64,000 nucleotides of DNA, taken from a virus. Both the position numbers and the translations under genes were made by a program. The notes under the pieces were generated by a model that was not told where the DNA came from, did no database searches, and saw only the letters and a list, made by a program, of their open reading frames with translations. Shown here piece after piece: positions 9,528 to 19,125 of the stretch. Every line of letters starts with the position of its first letter. The first letter of the stretch is position 1. The DNA is taken from the IMG/VR virus record IMGVR_UViG_3300042484_002006; one strand, given 5' to 3'.

Positions 9528-9726
9528 GATAGAAAATACAGATGATGTTATTGGCGTCTGCTCTGAATGTAAATCAGATCAGCCCGAAAGATATATGTAC
9601 AATAGTCCCTTCGCTCAAGAAGGTAAGCCAGTACCGTGCAAGTATTGCGGTGGAGTGGTAATTATTACATATCGCGAAGTAAGAGATAGCTCTTTAGAAG
9701 GTTCAGACAAGAGTAGAGGAATTTAA
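9520..9726 (+). CDS. small zinc-ribbon protein
   Basis: CSEC and CKYC pairs. GGAGG RBS. Confidence 0.6.
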   Translation: MPEIENTDDVIGVCSECKSDQPERYMYNSPFAQEGKPVPCKYCGGVVIITYREVRDSSLEGSDKSRGI

Positions 9727-12700
9727 TGAAGAATTGGACTAACCTCCATAACCATACAGTCTTTTCAATGTTAGACGGTCATGGTGACATAGAGCAGTAC
9801 TTAACTAGAGCTAAGTCCTTAGGAATGAGAGGCTTAGCTACTACCGATCATGGAAACATACATTCATGGTTAGACTTCTATGACGCTGGAACTTCTATTG
9901 GGGTTAAGCCAATTCTTGGTTCAGAATTCTATCAAGCTAGAAAAACTAGATTTGATAGAGATCCCGAAGAAAGATCAGGACCATCACAAAATGAATGGGA
10001 GCAAAGAGGCCCTTATCATATAACTATTCTAGCCAAAAACAAAGTTGGTTATAATAATATTATTAAAATATCTTCTAGATCTTTCCTAGAAGGTTATTAT
10101 GTTAAGCCACGTATTGATCATGATTTAATAGCAGAACACTCCGAAGGAATTATTGTTCTTTCGGGATGCTTGAATAGTGAAGTATGCCAGGCATTACTAA
10201 GAGACGATTACCAATTTGCTCTTGCATCTGCAAAAAAAATGCAAGATATTGTTGGTAAGGAAAACTACTTTATCGAAGTTCAAGATCATGGTCTTGGAGA
10301 GCAGAAAAAAGTATTTAATCAACTAGTGCAGATAGCGGAAACTATTGGCGCAAAAGTTGTTCCAAGCGGTGACTGCCACTACGTGCATAAGCACGATGCA
10401 AGATCTCATGACATCATGTTGTGCGTAGCAACTAACGCAAACATACATACTCCAAACAGATTCTCATTTACTGGAGAAGAATTTTATCTTCAATCATATG
10501 ATGAAATGTCTTCTAAATTCAATCCAGACTGGCTAAAAAACAGTATGGACGTTTGTGACATGATTGATTTGAATCTTTCTTTTGGAGATATTCACTTCCC
10601 CGACTTTCCTATTCCAACTCTAGAAGCACCTATGGATTACTTCGATAGATTAGCTTGGAGCGGCCTAAAGGAAAGATACGGCGATCCCCTACCTGCTCAT
10701 ATTGTAGATAGAGCTAATCACGAAATACGTGTCGTAAAAGAAATGGGATTTACTGAATATTTCTTAGTCGTATCAGATCTAGTTAATTGGGCTAAGAATA
10801 ACAATGTCAGAGTTGGTTGGGGACGAGGCTCTGCAGCAGGCAGTATTCTCTCCTACGCATTTAAAATTACAAATCTAGATCCAATTAAGTTCGGATTAAT
10901 GTTTGAACGATTCCTTGTTGAGGGTCGAAAATCAATGCCCGACATCGACCTTGACTTTGATGATAGATATCGTGACGAGGTAATTAACTATGCTAGAACA
11001 AAGTATGGGTCTGACCACGTTGCCCACATCTGCACATTCAACAAGACAGGTGCGAGACAATCTATTCGAGATGCAGCGAGAGCCTTAGGTTATGATTTTG
11101 CCGGTGGAGACGTAGTAGCAAAACTTGTTCCTCCGCCAGTATTGGGCATCTCAAAAAATCTTTCGGAATGTATGGAAGTTGAGGAATTTAAACAACTATA
11201 CGAGAAAGACTCAGATGCTAAAACTATTGTAGATACGGCATTTGGGCTGGAAGGTTTAGTAAGACAAACTGGCATACACGCTGCTGGTATAGTTATATCT
11301 AGAGACGCACTAACTGAATACCTGCCTATTATGCGCAAGGGTGTGGACAATCCAATCATTACACAATGGGACATGGGTAGAGTCGAGCAGTGTGGCCTTT
11401 TAAAGATTGACTTTCTTGGTCTAAGAAACCTTGGAGTTATTGATTCATGCATCAAGTTAGTCCATAAGCGTAAAGGCGAACTTATTGATGTTGATAAAAT
11501 TCCGCTTGACGACGCAAAAACTTACGATGAATTATGCAAAGGTAATTGCGCCGGAGTCTTTCAACTTGAATCATCGGGCATGAGACAATTAATGATGCAG
11601 CTTCAACCACGTAACGTAGAAGACATCATGGCATTGATTTCATTGTATAGACCAGGTCCAATGGGATCTGGAATGGATAAAGAATATATTGACCGTAAAC
11701 ATGGTCGTAGTCAAATTAAATATGAGCATCCAAAATTAGCTAAGGTACTAGCACCGTCCTTAGGGATTATGCTGTATCAAGAGGATGTTTTAGGCGTCGC
11801 TAGAGAATTAGCAGGCTTTACTTCCGCAGAGGCTGATGATTTAAGAAAAGTTATTGGTAAAAAATTAATGGATAAAATTGCCAAGATGCGATCTATGTTT
11901 GTCGAGGGATGTGTTCGAACATCTGATATGTCAGAAACTTTAGCTAATAAAATTTTCTCAGATATTGAATACTTTGGTGGATATGGATTCAACAGAGCAC
12001 ACGCCGCAAGCTATGCTATGATTAGTTATGTCACTGCTTATCTTAAGTCGAATCATCCAACAGAATATATGGCAGGACTCATGTCATCAGTAGTTGGAAA
12101 TAAAGAAAAGCAAGCATTCTATTTATCGGACTGTAGAAAATTAAATATAGAAGTGTCCCCACCATCAATTAATAAATCTGGGATTGACTTTGAAGTAGTA
12201 GGAGATAGATCAATCGTATTTGGACTTTCTGCTGTAAGTGGCATTGGGCAATCGATAGCTGATGCAATAGTCAACTGCAGAAACACTGAAGAGCCATACA
12301 CAAGCATTGTGGACTTCCTCAGAAGATGCGATCCGGTAATCCTGAAGAAGAGTACGTTGGAACATTTAGCAGCCGCAGGGGCATTTGATGAATTAGTGAA
12401 TATAGATTTAGGAGAATATCCTAGACTACAAGAAATAGAAATGCTAGAAAAAGAAAAAGAAGAACTTGGAATATATGTAACCAGTCATCCTATTATGGGA
12501 ATATGGGACATACTTTCTAAAAAAGTTGATTGCGAAATAATTGAATTATCTGAGTATCAAGTCGGATCAAATATAAAAGTCGGGGGAATAATTACAGCCT
12601 CGAAAAAGATAATGACCAAAAAGGGTCAGAAGATGTTCAAAATATCAATAGAAGATATTTCTTCAGATGTTGAAGTAATTATCTTTCCCAACAATGCAAA

Positions 12701-13049
12701 AAATATAGCGGACGATTACTTTAATAAGGGTGATGTAGTAATTATATCTGGAACCTTAAATAAAGAGGGCGACGAAGAAAACTCCACATGTAAGTTATTT
12801 TTCTCATCATGCGAAAAGGTAGATGCCCACCTATTTGCCACAGGTAAGGCAATAATTTTTAATGTAAAAAAGAATATATCCACTTCGACTATAGATAAGA
12901 TTTATGATATAATTGATTCGTCACGAGGTGATCGTCCTGTATTCTTACAGATATTGGACGGTAAACATAAATTTATTTACAAATACAAGATAGAGGCATC
13001 CCCTAAAGTGGAAGATGCGATTAGACAATTAATTGAATTGGAGCAATAA
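9726..13049 (+). CDS. dnaE: DNA polymerase III alpha subunit (PHP + Pol + HhH + OB)
   Basis: NLHNHTVFSMLDG, TDHGN, GRGSAAGS, MPDIDLDFD, KIDFLGL, GVFQLES and FNRAHA motifs. 1107 aa with no intein-sized insert. Confidence 0.97.
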   Translation: MKNWTNLHNHTVFSMLDGHGDIEQYLTRAKSLGMRGLATTDHGNIHSWLDFYDAGTSIGVKPILGSEFYQARKTRFDRDPEERSGPSQNEWEQRGPYHITILAKNKVGYNNIIKISSRSFLEGYYVKPRIDHDLIAEHSEGIIVLSGCLNSEVCQALLRDDYQFALASAKKMQDIVGKENYFIEVQDHGLGEQKKVFNQLVQIAETIGAKVVPSGDCHYVHKHDARSHDIMLCVATNANIHTPNRFSFTGEEFYLQSYDEMSSKFNPDWLKNSMDVCDMIDLNLSFGDIHFPDFPIPTLEAPMDYFDRLAWSGLKERYGDPLPAHIVDRANHEIRVVKEMGFTEYFLVVSDLVNWAKNNNVRVGWGRGSAAGSILSYAFKITNLDPIKFGLMFERFLVEGRKSMPDIDLDFDDRYRDEVINYARTKYGSDHVAHICTFNKTGARQSIRDAARALGYDFAGGDVVAKLVPPPVLGISKNLSECMEVEEFKQLYEKDSDAKTIVDTAFGLEGLVRQTGIHAAGIVISRDALTEYLPIMRKGVDNPIITQWDMGRVEQCGLLKIDFLGLRNLGVIDSCIKLVHKRKGELIDVDKIPLDDAKTYDELCKGNCAGVFQLESSGMRQLMMQLQPRNVEDIMALISLYRPGPMGSGMDKEYIDRKHGRSQIKYEHPKLAKVLAPSLGIMLYQEDVLGVARELAGFTSAEADDLRKVIGKKLMDKIAKMRSMFVEGCVRTSDMSETLANKIFSDIEYFGGYGFNRAHAASYAMISYVTAYLKSNHPTEYMAGLMSSVVGNKEKQAFYLSDCRKLNIEVSPPSINKSGIDFEVVGDRSIVFGLSAVSGIGQSIADAIVNCRNTEEPYTSIVDFLRRCDPVILKKSTLEHLAAAGAFDELVNIDLGEYPRLQEIEMLEKEKEELGIYVTSHPIMGIWDILSKKVDCEIIELSEYQVGSNIKVGGIITASKKIMTKKGQKMFKISIEDISSDVEVIIFPNNAKNIADDYFNKGDVVIISGTLNKEGDEENSTCKLFFSSCEKVDAHLFATGKAIIFNVKKNISTSTIDKIYDIIDSSRGDRPVFLQILDGKHKFIYKYKIEASPKVEDAIRQLIELEQ

Positions 13050-13415
13050 ATGTCAGCAGATAGACCTTCAGTTAACCCTACAGATAGATGGTGCTGGGTG
13101 TTTTGCCCGTCATGCAATAGGTGTCAAGATAAAGGAAGATATACAAAATGTAATGGGTGCTCAGGTCGATACGATCCGGAACTTATTATCAAAGCAGACA
13201 GTGAAGATTTCTGTGATTGCAAGAATGGAACTCTGAGATGGAAAACCCAGCAGGGTAGACTTGTTATGACTAAGTTTAAATCCAATCCATTTAAGAGCCA
13301 AGTTAAGTATGAAAAGAAATCAGATGATGAACGCGATTGGGACTCATATGTCAAAGATATGAGAGAAAAATTAAATGATCCTAATTGGGATCCCATAACT
13401 TATTACGAGGATTAA
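13050..13415 (+). CDS. Cys-rich hypothetical protein
   Basis: CPSCNRC, CNGC and CDC clusters. Confidence 0.6.
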   Translation: MSADRPSVNPTDRWCWVFCPSCNRCQDKGRYTKCNGCSGRYDPELIIKADSEDFCDCKNGTLRWKTQQGRLVMTKFKSNPFKSQVKYEKKSDDERDWDSYVKDMREKLNDPNWDPITYYED

Positions 13416-13417
13416 AA

Positions 13418-13648
13418 ATGAGCCAGAACTTTCCAGCAGTTGTTGAAAAAGGTAATATTAAATTAACAGAATACACTGATTCAACTTACAATTATGATGA
13501 CAAATTATTCTTACAGTGCACCTGTGTTGGATTCTATCTAACGCAGAAAGAATTAAAAGACCTATACACAGTTGTGAGTTATTATCTGAATGCAGATGAT
13601 ATTACTGAAGTTAAAGTATCCATAGGGGGCGAAGATGTGGCCCTATGA
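13418..13648 (+). CDS. hypothetical protein
   Basis: GAGG RBS before ATG 13418. Confidence 0.55.
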   Translation: MSQNFPAVVEKGNIKLTEYTDSTYNYDDKLFLQCTCVGFYLTQKELKDLYTVVSYYLNADDITEVKVSIGGEDVAL

Positions 13649-13802
13649 AGAAGATGATCATATGGAAATAGGTGAAAGTGGTTGGGTGGCAATCGGCCAA
13701 GGCGCTTATATAAATAAACTCAACAATCACACTATAGATGAAATTGGAAGAGAATTCGATGAAAATGGTCGACTAATATACGATCCCAATGAAGAACAGT
13801 AG
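13635..13802 (+). CDS. small acidic hypothetical protein (55 aa)
   Basis: MWPYEEDDHMEIGESGW...YDPNEEQ, not in the ORF track. G-rich RBS and overlap with the upstream gene. Confidence 0.5.
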   Translation: MWPYEEDDHMEIGESGWVAIGQGAYINKLNNHTIDEIGREFDENGRLIYDPNEEQ

Positions 13803-13810
13803 GAATATTT

Positions 13811-14614
13811 TTGAGTTCTATATTAATTAAAAATTATGATAGCTTAAGTGATTTAGAAAAATTAAGTTTAGTAGATTTTTCATATTCTAGAATAGATACG
13901 TACGACCAATGTCCATCAAGATATTTCTATTCTTATATCAAGAAAGAACCAAGACAGTTCAACGCACCGGCAGCTCTTGGAAACATTGTCCATGCAGTTC
14001 TTGAAAATACTTTAGATAATAATAAAGTTTTAGATTTAAATGAACTTCAGGAAGAATATAAAAATAATATTCCTATTTGGGATCCAAATCAAGAAATAAC
14101 TCCAGATCTTATTTCAGTTGGATCAATTATACTCAATGAATTCTACGATCAAAATGTGGATAAAGAATTCTCCATATACGATAAAGAAATGTCTTTCTCT
14201 TATATTATAGGGTCGTACAGAATAATTGGCTTTATAGATAGGGTAGATATTATTGGAGATAGAGTCAACATAACAGACTATAAAACTGGTAAATGGGAAG
14301 TTGCACAGAAGCATGTGCACTCAAATCTGCAGCTAGGCATATATGCCCTTGCGCTTCATAATATATTTCCAGAAAAAGAAATATACGCTGAACTTTATTA
14401 TTTAAGATCTGGAAAAAGAAAAGGCCATTTGTTTACTCAAGAAGATATAGATGAAGTTAAGAATAAGCTTATTGACACTATTCAAAAAATAATGGTTGAT
14501 CAAAACTTTACGCCCACTGCCAATAGCAGAGTATGCTCTTACTGTGATCACGCCAAATCAGGTGCTTGTCCAACTGGTGTTTACAGAAATAAAAACAATA
14601 GTTACAGAAAATAG
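13811..14614 (+). CDS. RecB/Cas4-like PD-(D/E)XK exonuclease
   Basis: SYSRIDTYDQCP, GNIVHAVLE, GFIDRVD...TDYKTG, QLGIYA and CSYCDHAKSGAC. Confidence 0.9.
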   Translation: MSSILIKNYDSLSDLEKLSLVDFSYSRIDTYDQCPSRYFYSYIKKEPRQFNAPAALGNIVHAVLENTLDNNKVLDLNELQEEYKNNIPIWDPNQEITPDLISVGSIILNEFYDQNVDKEFSIYDKEMSFSYIIGSYRIIGFIDRVDIIGDRVNITDYKTGKWEVAQKHVHSNLQLGIYALALHNIFPEKEIYAELYYLRSGKRKGHLFTQEDIDEVKNKLIDTIQKIMVDQNFTPTANSRVCSYCDHAKSGACPTGVYRNKNNSYRK

Positions 14615-14646
14615 AAAAGGGGCTGGTTTCCCAGCCCCAATTCTAT
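14611..14646. terminator. hairpin terminator between convergent genes
   Basis: ATAGAA-AA-GGGGCTGG-TTTC-CCAGCCCC-AA-TTCTAT. Confidence 0.7.
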
Positions 14647-14665
14647 ACGTAGTTTTTAAAAAGAA

Positions 14666-14830
14666 TCAGAAAGTTGAATCTGAATCGATAGCAAAATCGA
14701 AATCATTGAACTCTGTGACTACCTTGACGGCATCGCCATAGTCATAACCGAGGTCTACAACCAAGTCCTCGATAATCTCGTTGTCAATAGTTTCAATTGC
14801 TGTGTTGATGATGTGTGTTAATGTGTTCAT
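14666..14830 (-). CDS. small acidic hypothetical protein (54 aa)
   Basis: MNTLTHIINTAIETIDNEIIEDLVVDLGYDYGDAVKVV..., not in the ORF track. It has its own promoter. Confidence 0.6.
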   Translation of the reverse strand: MNTLTHIINTAIETIDNEIIEDLVVDLGYDYGDAVKVVTEFNDFDFAIDSDSTF

Positions 14831-14837
14831 AGTGATT

Positions 14838-14901
14838 AGTATACTTCCTTCTTAGTGGTAATGCAAGTCGTTTTGCATATTTTTATTTTTTAGTGTATAA
14901 T
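14838..14901. promoter_or_regulatory. back-to-back sigma70-type promoters
   Basis: + strand: TTGCAT(14873-78)-17 nt-TATAAT(14896-901). - strand: TTGCAT(14866-61)-17 nt-TATACT(14843-38). Confidence 0.7.
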
Positions 14902-14934
14902 ATATATACGCTTACAGGCATTAAGGATATCATA

Positions 14935-15501
14935 ATGGAACTACACGTTGTCAAGGCAGAAGACTTTTTTTTGGAAAAATCTTCTTTTAAAAAACAGCCA
15001 AATCTAAATAACATCAGAAACAAACAGATTGATAAAGTCATCTTAGAAGATGATGGAGTTTTTACCAGGAAAAAGGGTAACGCGTATCAGTATACGAAAA
15101 CCGGATTCAGGAAAGATATTGAGCTTAATGTAAGATCTAGCTGGGAAGCTAATTTTGTTAGAATCCTAAATATCTATAAAATAGAATTTAAATTTGAACC
15201 TACTGTATTTTCTTTTCCGATTAAAAGAGGAACAAAAGGTTATACTCCTGATTTTTTCTTAGAACGAAATGGTGAATGGGTAGAGATTAAAGGCTATCTA
15301 GATGATAAAAGTAAAATTAAATTAAAAAGATTCAAAAGGTATTACCCTGATGAATTTGAAAAGATGACCTGCGTTATAAGCAGATACTCTAATAACGCAA
15401 AAAATTTTATGGCTGAAATAGAAGTTCCCAATATTGTCTTTTACGAAGACATAAAAGATTTTTATAGTCAGTACGTAGTTAACTGGGAAGGAAAAAGATG
15501 A
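14935..15501 (+). CDS. T7 endonuclease I-like PD-(D/E)XK nuclease (possible junction resolvase)
   Basis: RSSWEANF...FEP...YTPDFFL...VEIKGY. AAGGA RBS before ATG 14935. Confidence 0.7.
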   Translation: MELHVVKAEDFFLEKSSFKKQPNLNNIRNKQIDKVILEDDGVFTRKKGNAYQYTKTGFRKDIELNVRSSWEANFVRILNIYKIEFKFEPTVFSFPIKRGTKGYTPDFFLERNGEWVEIKGYLDDKSKIKLKRFKRYYPDEFEKMTCVISRYSNNAKNFMAEIEVPNIVFYEDIKDFYSQYVVNWEGKR

Positions 15502-16358
15502 CAGCCTACAAGGAGCAATATTATTCTTTAGAAGAAAATGAAATGCAAGACCTAATTGCAAAAGCTAAAAAAGGTTCAGCAAAAGCACAAGAAGAACTCT
15601 TAAAAGTATTCAGTAATTTCTTAACAAAGTATATTTCACTATTATATTATGGAAAATTTAATCTCAATGATTATGACATACGAAGGTTTATCTCTTTATT
15701 TATCAAAGATTCTGGCACAAGGTTTGCCCTAATGAAGAATAAAATGAATGGATCTAACATGCGAGTGATAAATGAATGCATGAGAGGTATTCATTATATG
15801 GCAAAAAGATATGGGGACGAGGAGGACATCAGACAAACGGTATATATGACCTTCTTTCAGTGCATAGGACGATACGAAAGAAAAGATTCAGCTAAAGGTC
15901 CAATCCCCTTTAGTGGTTTCTTGTATAGCTATTTCTTTTATCTACTAAAAAAGAACGTAGATACATTCCTTATTGATCAATTAGGTAGGAAGACATTCCC
16001 ATTATTGGACGACGATGCCACTAATGATGAGGGTGATGAGAACTATGTAATTGGTTTCAAAGCAGATCCAGTGGAATATAGTATGGAGCAGTTATTGGCT
16101 GCAGATAAAATTGATGAATTTTGGGTTTTGGGCGAGAAAAATATTGCGCCATTTGATAGACTAACAGTGCAAGAAAGACAACTTCTAAAATGGAGGTATG
16201 TAGATGGACAACGATCCAGCGAAATATCTCAGAAAGTTAATGAACATCCAAATACAGTTAGAGAGCATTTGTCTAAGATTAAAAATAAAGTAAAAGATTT
16301 AATTATAGAGAATGATCTCAGTGAATACGCAATGCTAATCAATATGGAGAAGAATTAA
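15498..16358 (+). CDS. phage sigma-70 family RNA polymerase sigma factor
   Basis: Region 2-like EEDIRQTVYMTFFQCIGRYE...FSGFLYSY. Region 4 LTVQERQLLKWRYVDG...SEISQKV...TVREHLSK. Confidence 0.8.
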   Translation: MTAYKEQYYSLEENEMQDLIAKAKKGSAKAQEELLKVFSNFLTKYISLLYYGKFNLNDYDIRRFISLFIKDSGTRFALMKNKMNGSNMRVINECMRGIHYMAKRYGDEEDIRQTVYMTFFQCIGRYERKDSAKGPIPFSGFLYSYFFYLLKKNVDTFLIDQLGRKTFPLLDDDATNDEGDENYVIGFKADPVEYSMEQLLAADKIDEFWVLGEKNIAPFDRLTVQERQLLKWRYVDGQRSSEISQKVNEHPNTVREHLSKIKNKVKDLIIENDLSEYAMLINMEKN

Positions 16359-16873
16359 TGAACCTACAATCAATGGAAAAACTGCAAGAGCTATTGCAGA
16401 ATTTTCTTGGACCTCAATTAAAAGAGGTTATCGAAGCATACGCTGACGTAGAAAAAAGTAGTAAATATTTTGTAGAAATTCCAGAGGTCGACATTATAGA
16501 TCTAGGCATAGAGACTATTGCATCACTAGTTGCCCGCACCTCTAATGTCTACGGTAGAGCAGCGCGCTTTGCTGGAATGTCTAGAGCACAATATAAGATT
16601 ATAGAAGGTAATTATAAAAGAGTCTATAAATCAAATAGAGCCGGAAAGAATGAAGCTGAAAGAGAAGCTTCAGCCATGGCAGCAGCAGAGTCACAGCACA
16701 CTGAAATGATTACCTGTGAGGCAATTATGAGTCTAGCTGAAGCAATGGAAACGTCAGCTAGAATAGCATCAGAATCAGCTAGAAAGCTAATGGACAAAAT
16801 GCAGTCCATGCAAGTAGCTGCGTTTAGAGAAGAAAAAGGTTCCTATTTGGAATCGGATTTTAGCACCTACTAA
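16358..16873 (+). CDS. hypothetical helical/coiled-coil protein
   Basis: 171 aa Ala/Glu-rich ORF coupled to the sigma gene. Confidence 0.6.
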   Translation: MNLQSMEKLQELLQNFLGPQLKEVIEAYADVEKSSKYFVEIPEVDIIDLGIETIASLVARTSNVYGRAARFAGMSRAQYKIIEGNYKRVYKSNRAGKNEAEREASAMAAAESQHTEMITCEAIMSLAEAMETSARIASESARKLMDKMQSMQVAAFREEKGSYLESDFSTY

Positions 16874-16885
16874 AGGACAAGAAAT

Positions 16886-17092
16886 ATGTTTATCGGTCAT
16901 TACAAAAGTGTTAATACATCTGAAGAATTTTATTCTACAGAAAAAGAAGATCTTAATTTTCCAACACAGGTTGAATATAAAAGCAATAAATATCTATTGA
17001 CAAAAACAATTCAAATATCATCAAGTCTTAAAAAAAATCTAACAGACGTAGCAAAACGATTTAATATAGATTATGATGTAAAGGTTGATTGA
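16886..17092 (+). CDS. hypothetical protein
   Basis: AAGGA RBS, 68 aa. Confidence 0.55.
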   Translation: MFIGHYKSVNTSEEFYSTEKEDLNFPTQVEYKSNKYLLTKTIQISSSLKKNLTDVAKRFNIDYDVKVD

Positions 17093-17129
17093 ACACAGTG
17101 TTTAAGTTTTTAAGATTGGCTTTTTATTT

Positions 17130-17564
17130 ATGAACATAGAAGTATTTTGTGATGGAGCATCTAGAGGGCAGGGTCAGAAGAAAATCGGAGAAGCTGCCTG
17201 TTCTGTCGTTGTTTATCGCAACAGAAAAAAGATAGCACAGTTTGCCAGAGGATTAGGTCCTAGAACTAATAATGAAGCAGAATATGAAGCTGTAATAGCA
17301 GGACTGCTGATATGTTCTATGGCTGATCTTATAGACCCAATTATATATACAGACTCAGCTGTTGTGGCTAATCAGGTTAACGGTAAGTGGAAATGCAAGA
17401 GTGCAGCCCTAATCCCATTACTGATGACTATTGAGGAAATCAGAGATGAATTTAATTTTCGGGTTATTCAAGTTAAAAGAACATTTGTTTGGGAACCAGA
17501 CGCCTTGGCAAATAAATTTTTAGATGAATTAGAAGTAAGAAAAGAGAAAATAAATAGGATATGA
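17130..17564 (+). CDS. rnhA: ribonuclease HI
   Basis: FCDGASRG, TNNEAEYEA, YTDS and DALAN give the D-E-D-D catalytic set. Confidence 0.92.
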   Translation: MNIEVFCDGASRGQGQKKIGEAACSVVVYRNRKKIAQFARGLGPRTNNEAEYEAVIAGLLICSMADLIDPIIYTDSAVVANQVNGKWKCKSAALIPLLMTIEEIRDEFNFRVIQVKRTFVWEPDALANKFLDELEVRKEKINRI

Positions 17565-17565
17565 A

Positions 17566-17574
17566 TGGTATAAT
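17566..17574 (+). promoter_or_regulatory. extended -10 promoter (TGnTATAAT), probably leaderless
   Basis: TGGTATAAT followed 6 nt later by ATG 17581. Confidence 0.5.
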
Positions 17575-17580
17575 ATGGAT

Positions 17581-18372
17581 ATGATTAAAGATAAAAAATT
17601 TTATAAAGATTATCCGATAGTTATTGGCCTAGCAGGTAAGGCAGCGACTGGGAAAACATCAGTTGCAGAAAAGATAGTCCCTAAAGCAGAAGTCAGTCCT
17701 GTGTCAAATCACGTTAAATGGGATCATTTGTTTTTTGCACTACCATTATATGAGTTGGCATCTATAAGAAAAAACTCATTGGGTTTTAGGCAGAAAGATC
17801 GTCAGTTATTTTCTATCCATGAGGTTGTGTATGACATTTTTGGCTCTAATGCCTTAGGCACTATTCCTGATTATGATATGTTTTGCCAGCTAGTGAAAGA
17901 TATCTATAATCTACCCATAGAGCCTGAAGGCTATAAGCCAAGATCTTTCCTACAAAAGGCAGGAGACTTGTGTAGGGCATACGATGAAGACTGCTTTTCT
18001 AAGTGGGGCATACTAAAAGCTAATAAATTATTTAGATCCCATATGAGAACTCCAGAGTTTGAGGATCAAGATATGCCGATGGCTATCATTATCTCTGATG
18101 TTAGATTTGAGAATGAAGCTAAGAAAATACTTGATCAACCCAATGGATTAATCATTTGCTACGAAGCGTCTGATGAGATTAGAAATGAAAGAATGATGCG
18201 TAGAGACGGACATGCCATGACTCCCGAGCAAATGAATCATAGATCAGAACAAGAAATTGATTTGATAAAAGAAAAAGCCTCTGCTATAATTAACACCGAC
18301 AACTTAAACATAGCGGAACAAGCATTAGCTACTACAAATTTAGTTCAAACTTTTACGGACGTGTATGCCTAA
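17581..18372 (+). CDS. deoxynucleoside monophosphate kinase
   Basis: IGLAGKAATGKTSVA P-loop, RSFLQKAG and IISDVRFENE (T4 gp1/T5 dnk-like). Confidence 0.85.
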   Translation: MIKDKKFYKDYPIVIGLAGKAATGKTSVAEKIVPKAEVSPVSNHVKWDHLFFALPLYELASIRKNSLGFRQKDRQLFSIHEVVYDIFGSNALGTIPDYDMFCQLVKDIYNLPIEPEGYKPRSFLQKAGDLCRAYDEDCFSKWGILKANKLFRSHMRTPEFEDQDMPMAIIISDVRFENEAKKILDQPNGLIICYEASDEIRNERMMRRDGHAMTPEQMNHRSEQEIDLIKEKASAIINTDNLNIAEQALATTNLVQTFTDVYA

Positions 18373-18685
18373 GATATCAAAAACAGCAATGGAGCAGTCA
18401 TTAGACTCTCCCATAGATCAGGTGGTGAATATTTTGAGTTCAGAAATATCTATTTCAACTAATCCAGTATTTATATGTGGAGTAAATAGAAAAATTAACA
18501 TTGGTAATTTTGAGAATATCGACGTATACGCAGGTATTACTTTGCCATTGAATGAAGTTTCTTTGGAAGATAAAGATAAGTTAACTGAAATGATCGAAGC
18601 TGCAGCTTCATATGGCTTTTCAATTGTTTCAAAAGAAACAGGCGAAAGATATCAGTTAATTAAAGAATCACAACAAGGAAAATAA
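18365..18685 (+). CDS. hypothetical protein
   Basis: 106 aa ORF coupled to the kinase. Confidence 0.6.
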   Translation: MPKISKTAMEQSLDSPIDQVVNILSSEISISTNPVFICGVNRKINIGNFENIDVYAGITLPLNEVSLEDKDKLTEMIEAAASYGFSIVSKETGERYQLIKESQQGK

Positions 18686-18728
18686 TAAACAATAGTTAGC
18701 TAACAAATATTGAAAAGGATAAAAAATA

Positions 18729-19040
18729 ATGATGAAACTAATTAGAAAAATAGCAAGAAAAATTCTATTTAAAAAGAAAACAAAAATTGGTGGATATGAC
18801 TTAGATGATAAAACTAATGTCAAGGAAGACGAGCCGATTATTTGGATGACTCCAACCACGTCGGTTAATTCAACCCCTAAAGATATAAAAATTACACCCG
18901 CTAATCCAGCGGATAAGACCGTTAGCCCTACTACTGCAGCTAAGAAGCCAGGTAGACCAAAGGGACAAGTGTCCAAGAATCATGGTGGCACTAAGCCTGC
19001 AAAAAAGGTTGCACCAAAAAGTAATCCAAATAAAAAATAA
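18729..19040 (+). CDS. hypothetical Lys/Pro-rich protein
   Basis: KKPGRPKG (AT-hook-like) and a KPAKK tail. Confidence 0.55.
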   Translation: MMKLIRKIARKILFKKKTKIGGYDLDDKTNVKEDEPIIWMTPTTSVNSTPKDIKITPANPADKTVSPTTAAKKPGRPKGQVSKNHGGTKPAKKVAPKSNPNKK

Positions 19041-19057
19041 CACAACTAAATCGTCTT

Positions 19058-19108
19058 TAATAGACTAGTTATATAGGGTTTTTACACTACTATATAACTA
19101 GTCTATTA
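19058..19108. repeat. perfect 19-bp inverted repeat with 13-nt spacer
   Basis: TAATAGACTAGTTATATAG (19058-76) / CTATATAACTAGTCTATTA (19090-108). Confidence 0.9.
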
Positions 19109-19125
19109 TTTTAAGGTGGGTCATT

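Noticed and set aside
9726-13049. Possible intein or intron in dnaE
   Set aside because: The 1107-aa ORF is continuous and of normal length, with no Cys...His-Asn splice junctions or homing-endonuclease motifs.
5267-14614. Helicase + Cas4-like + HD nuclease resembling a CRISPR cas3/cas4 locus
   Set aside because: The helicase is SF4/DnaB type, not SF2. There is no cas1/2/5/7 and no repeat-spacer array. These genes are standard in phage replication modules.
16358-16873. UvsY-like recombination mediator
   Set aside because: Only general helical character supports it. No diagnostic motif could be verified by eye, so it is left hypothetical.
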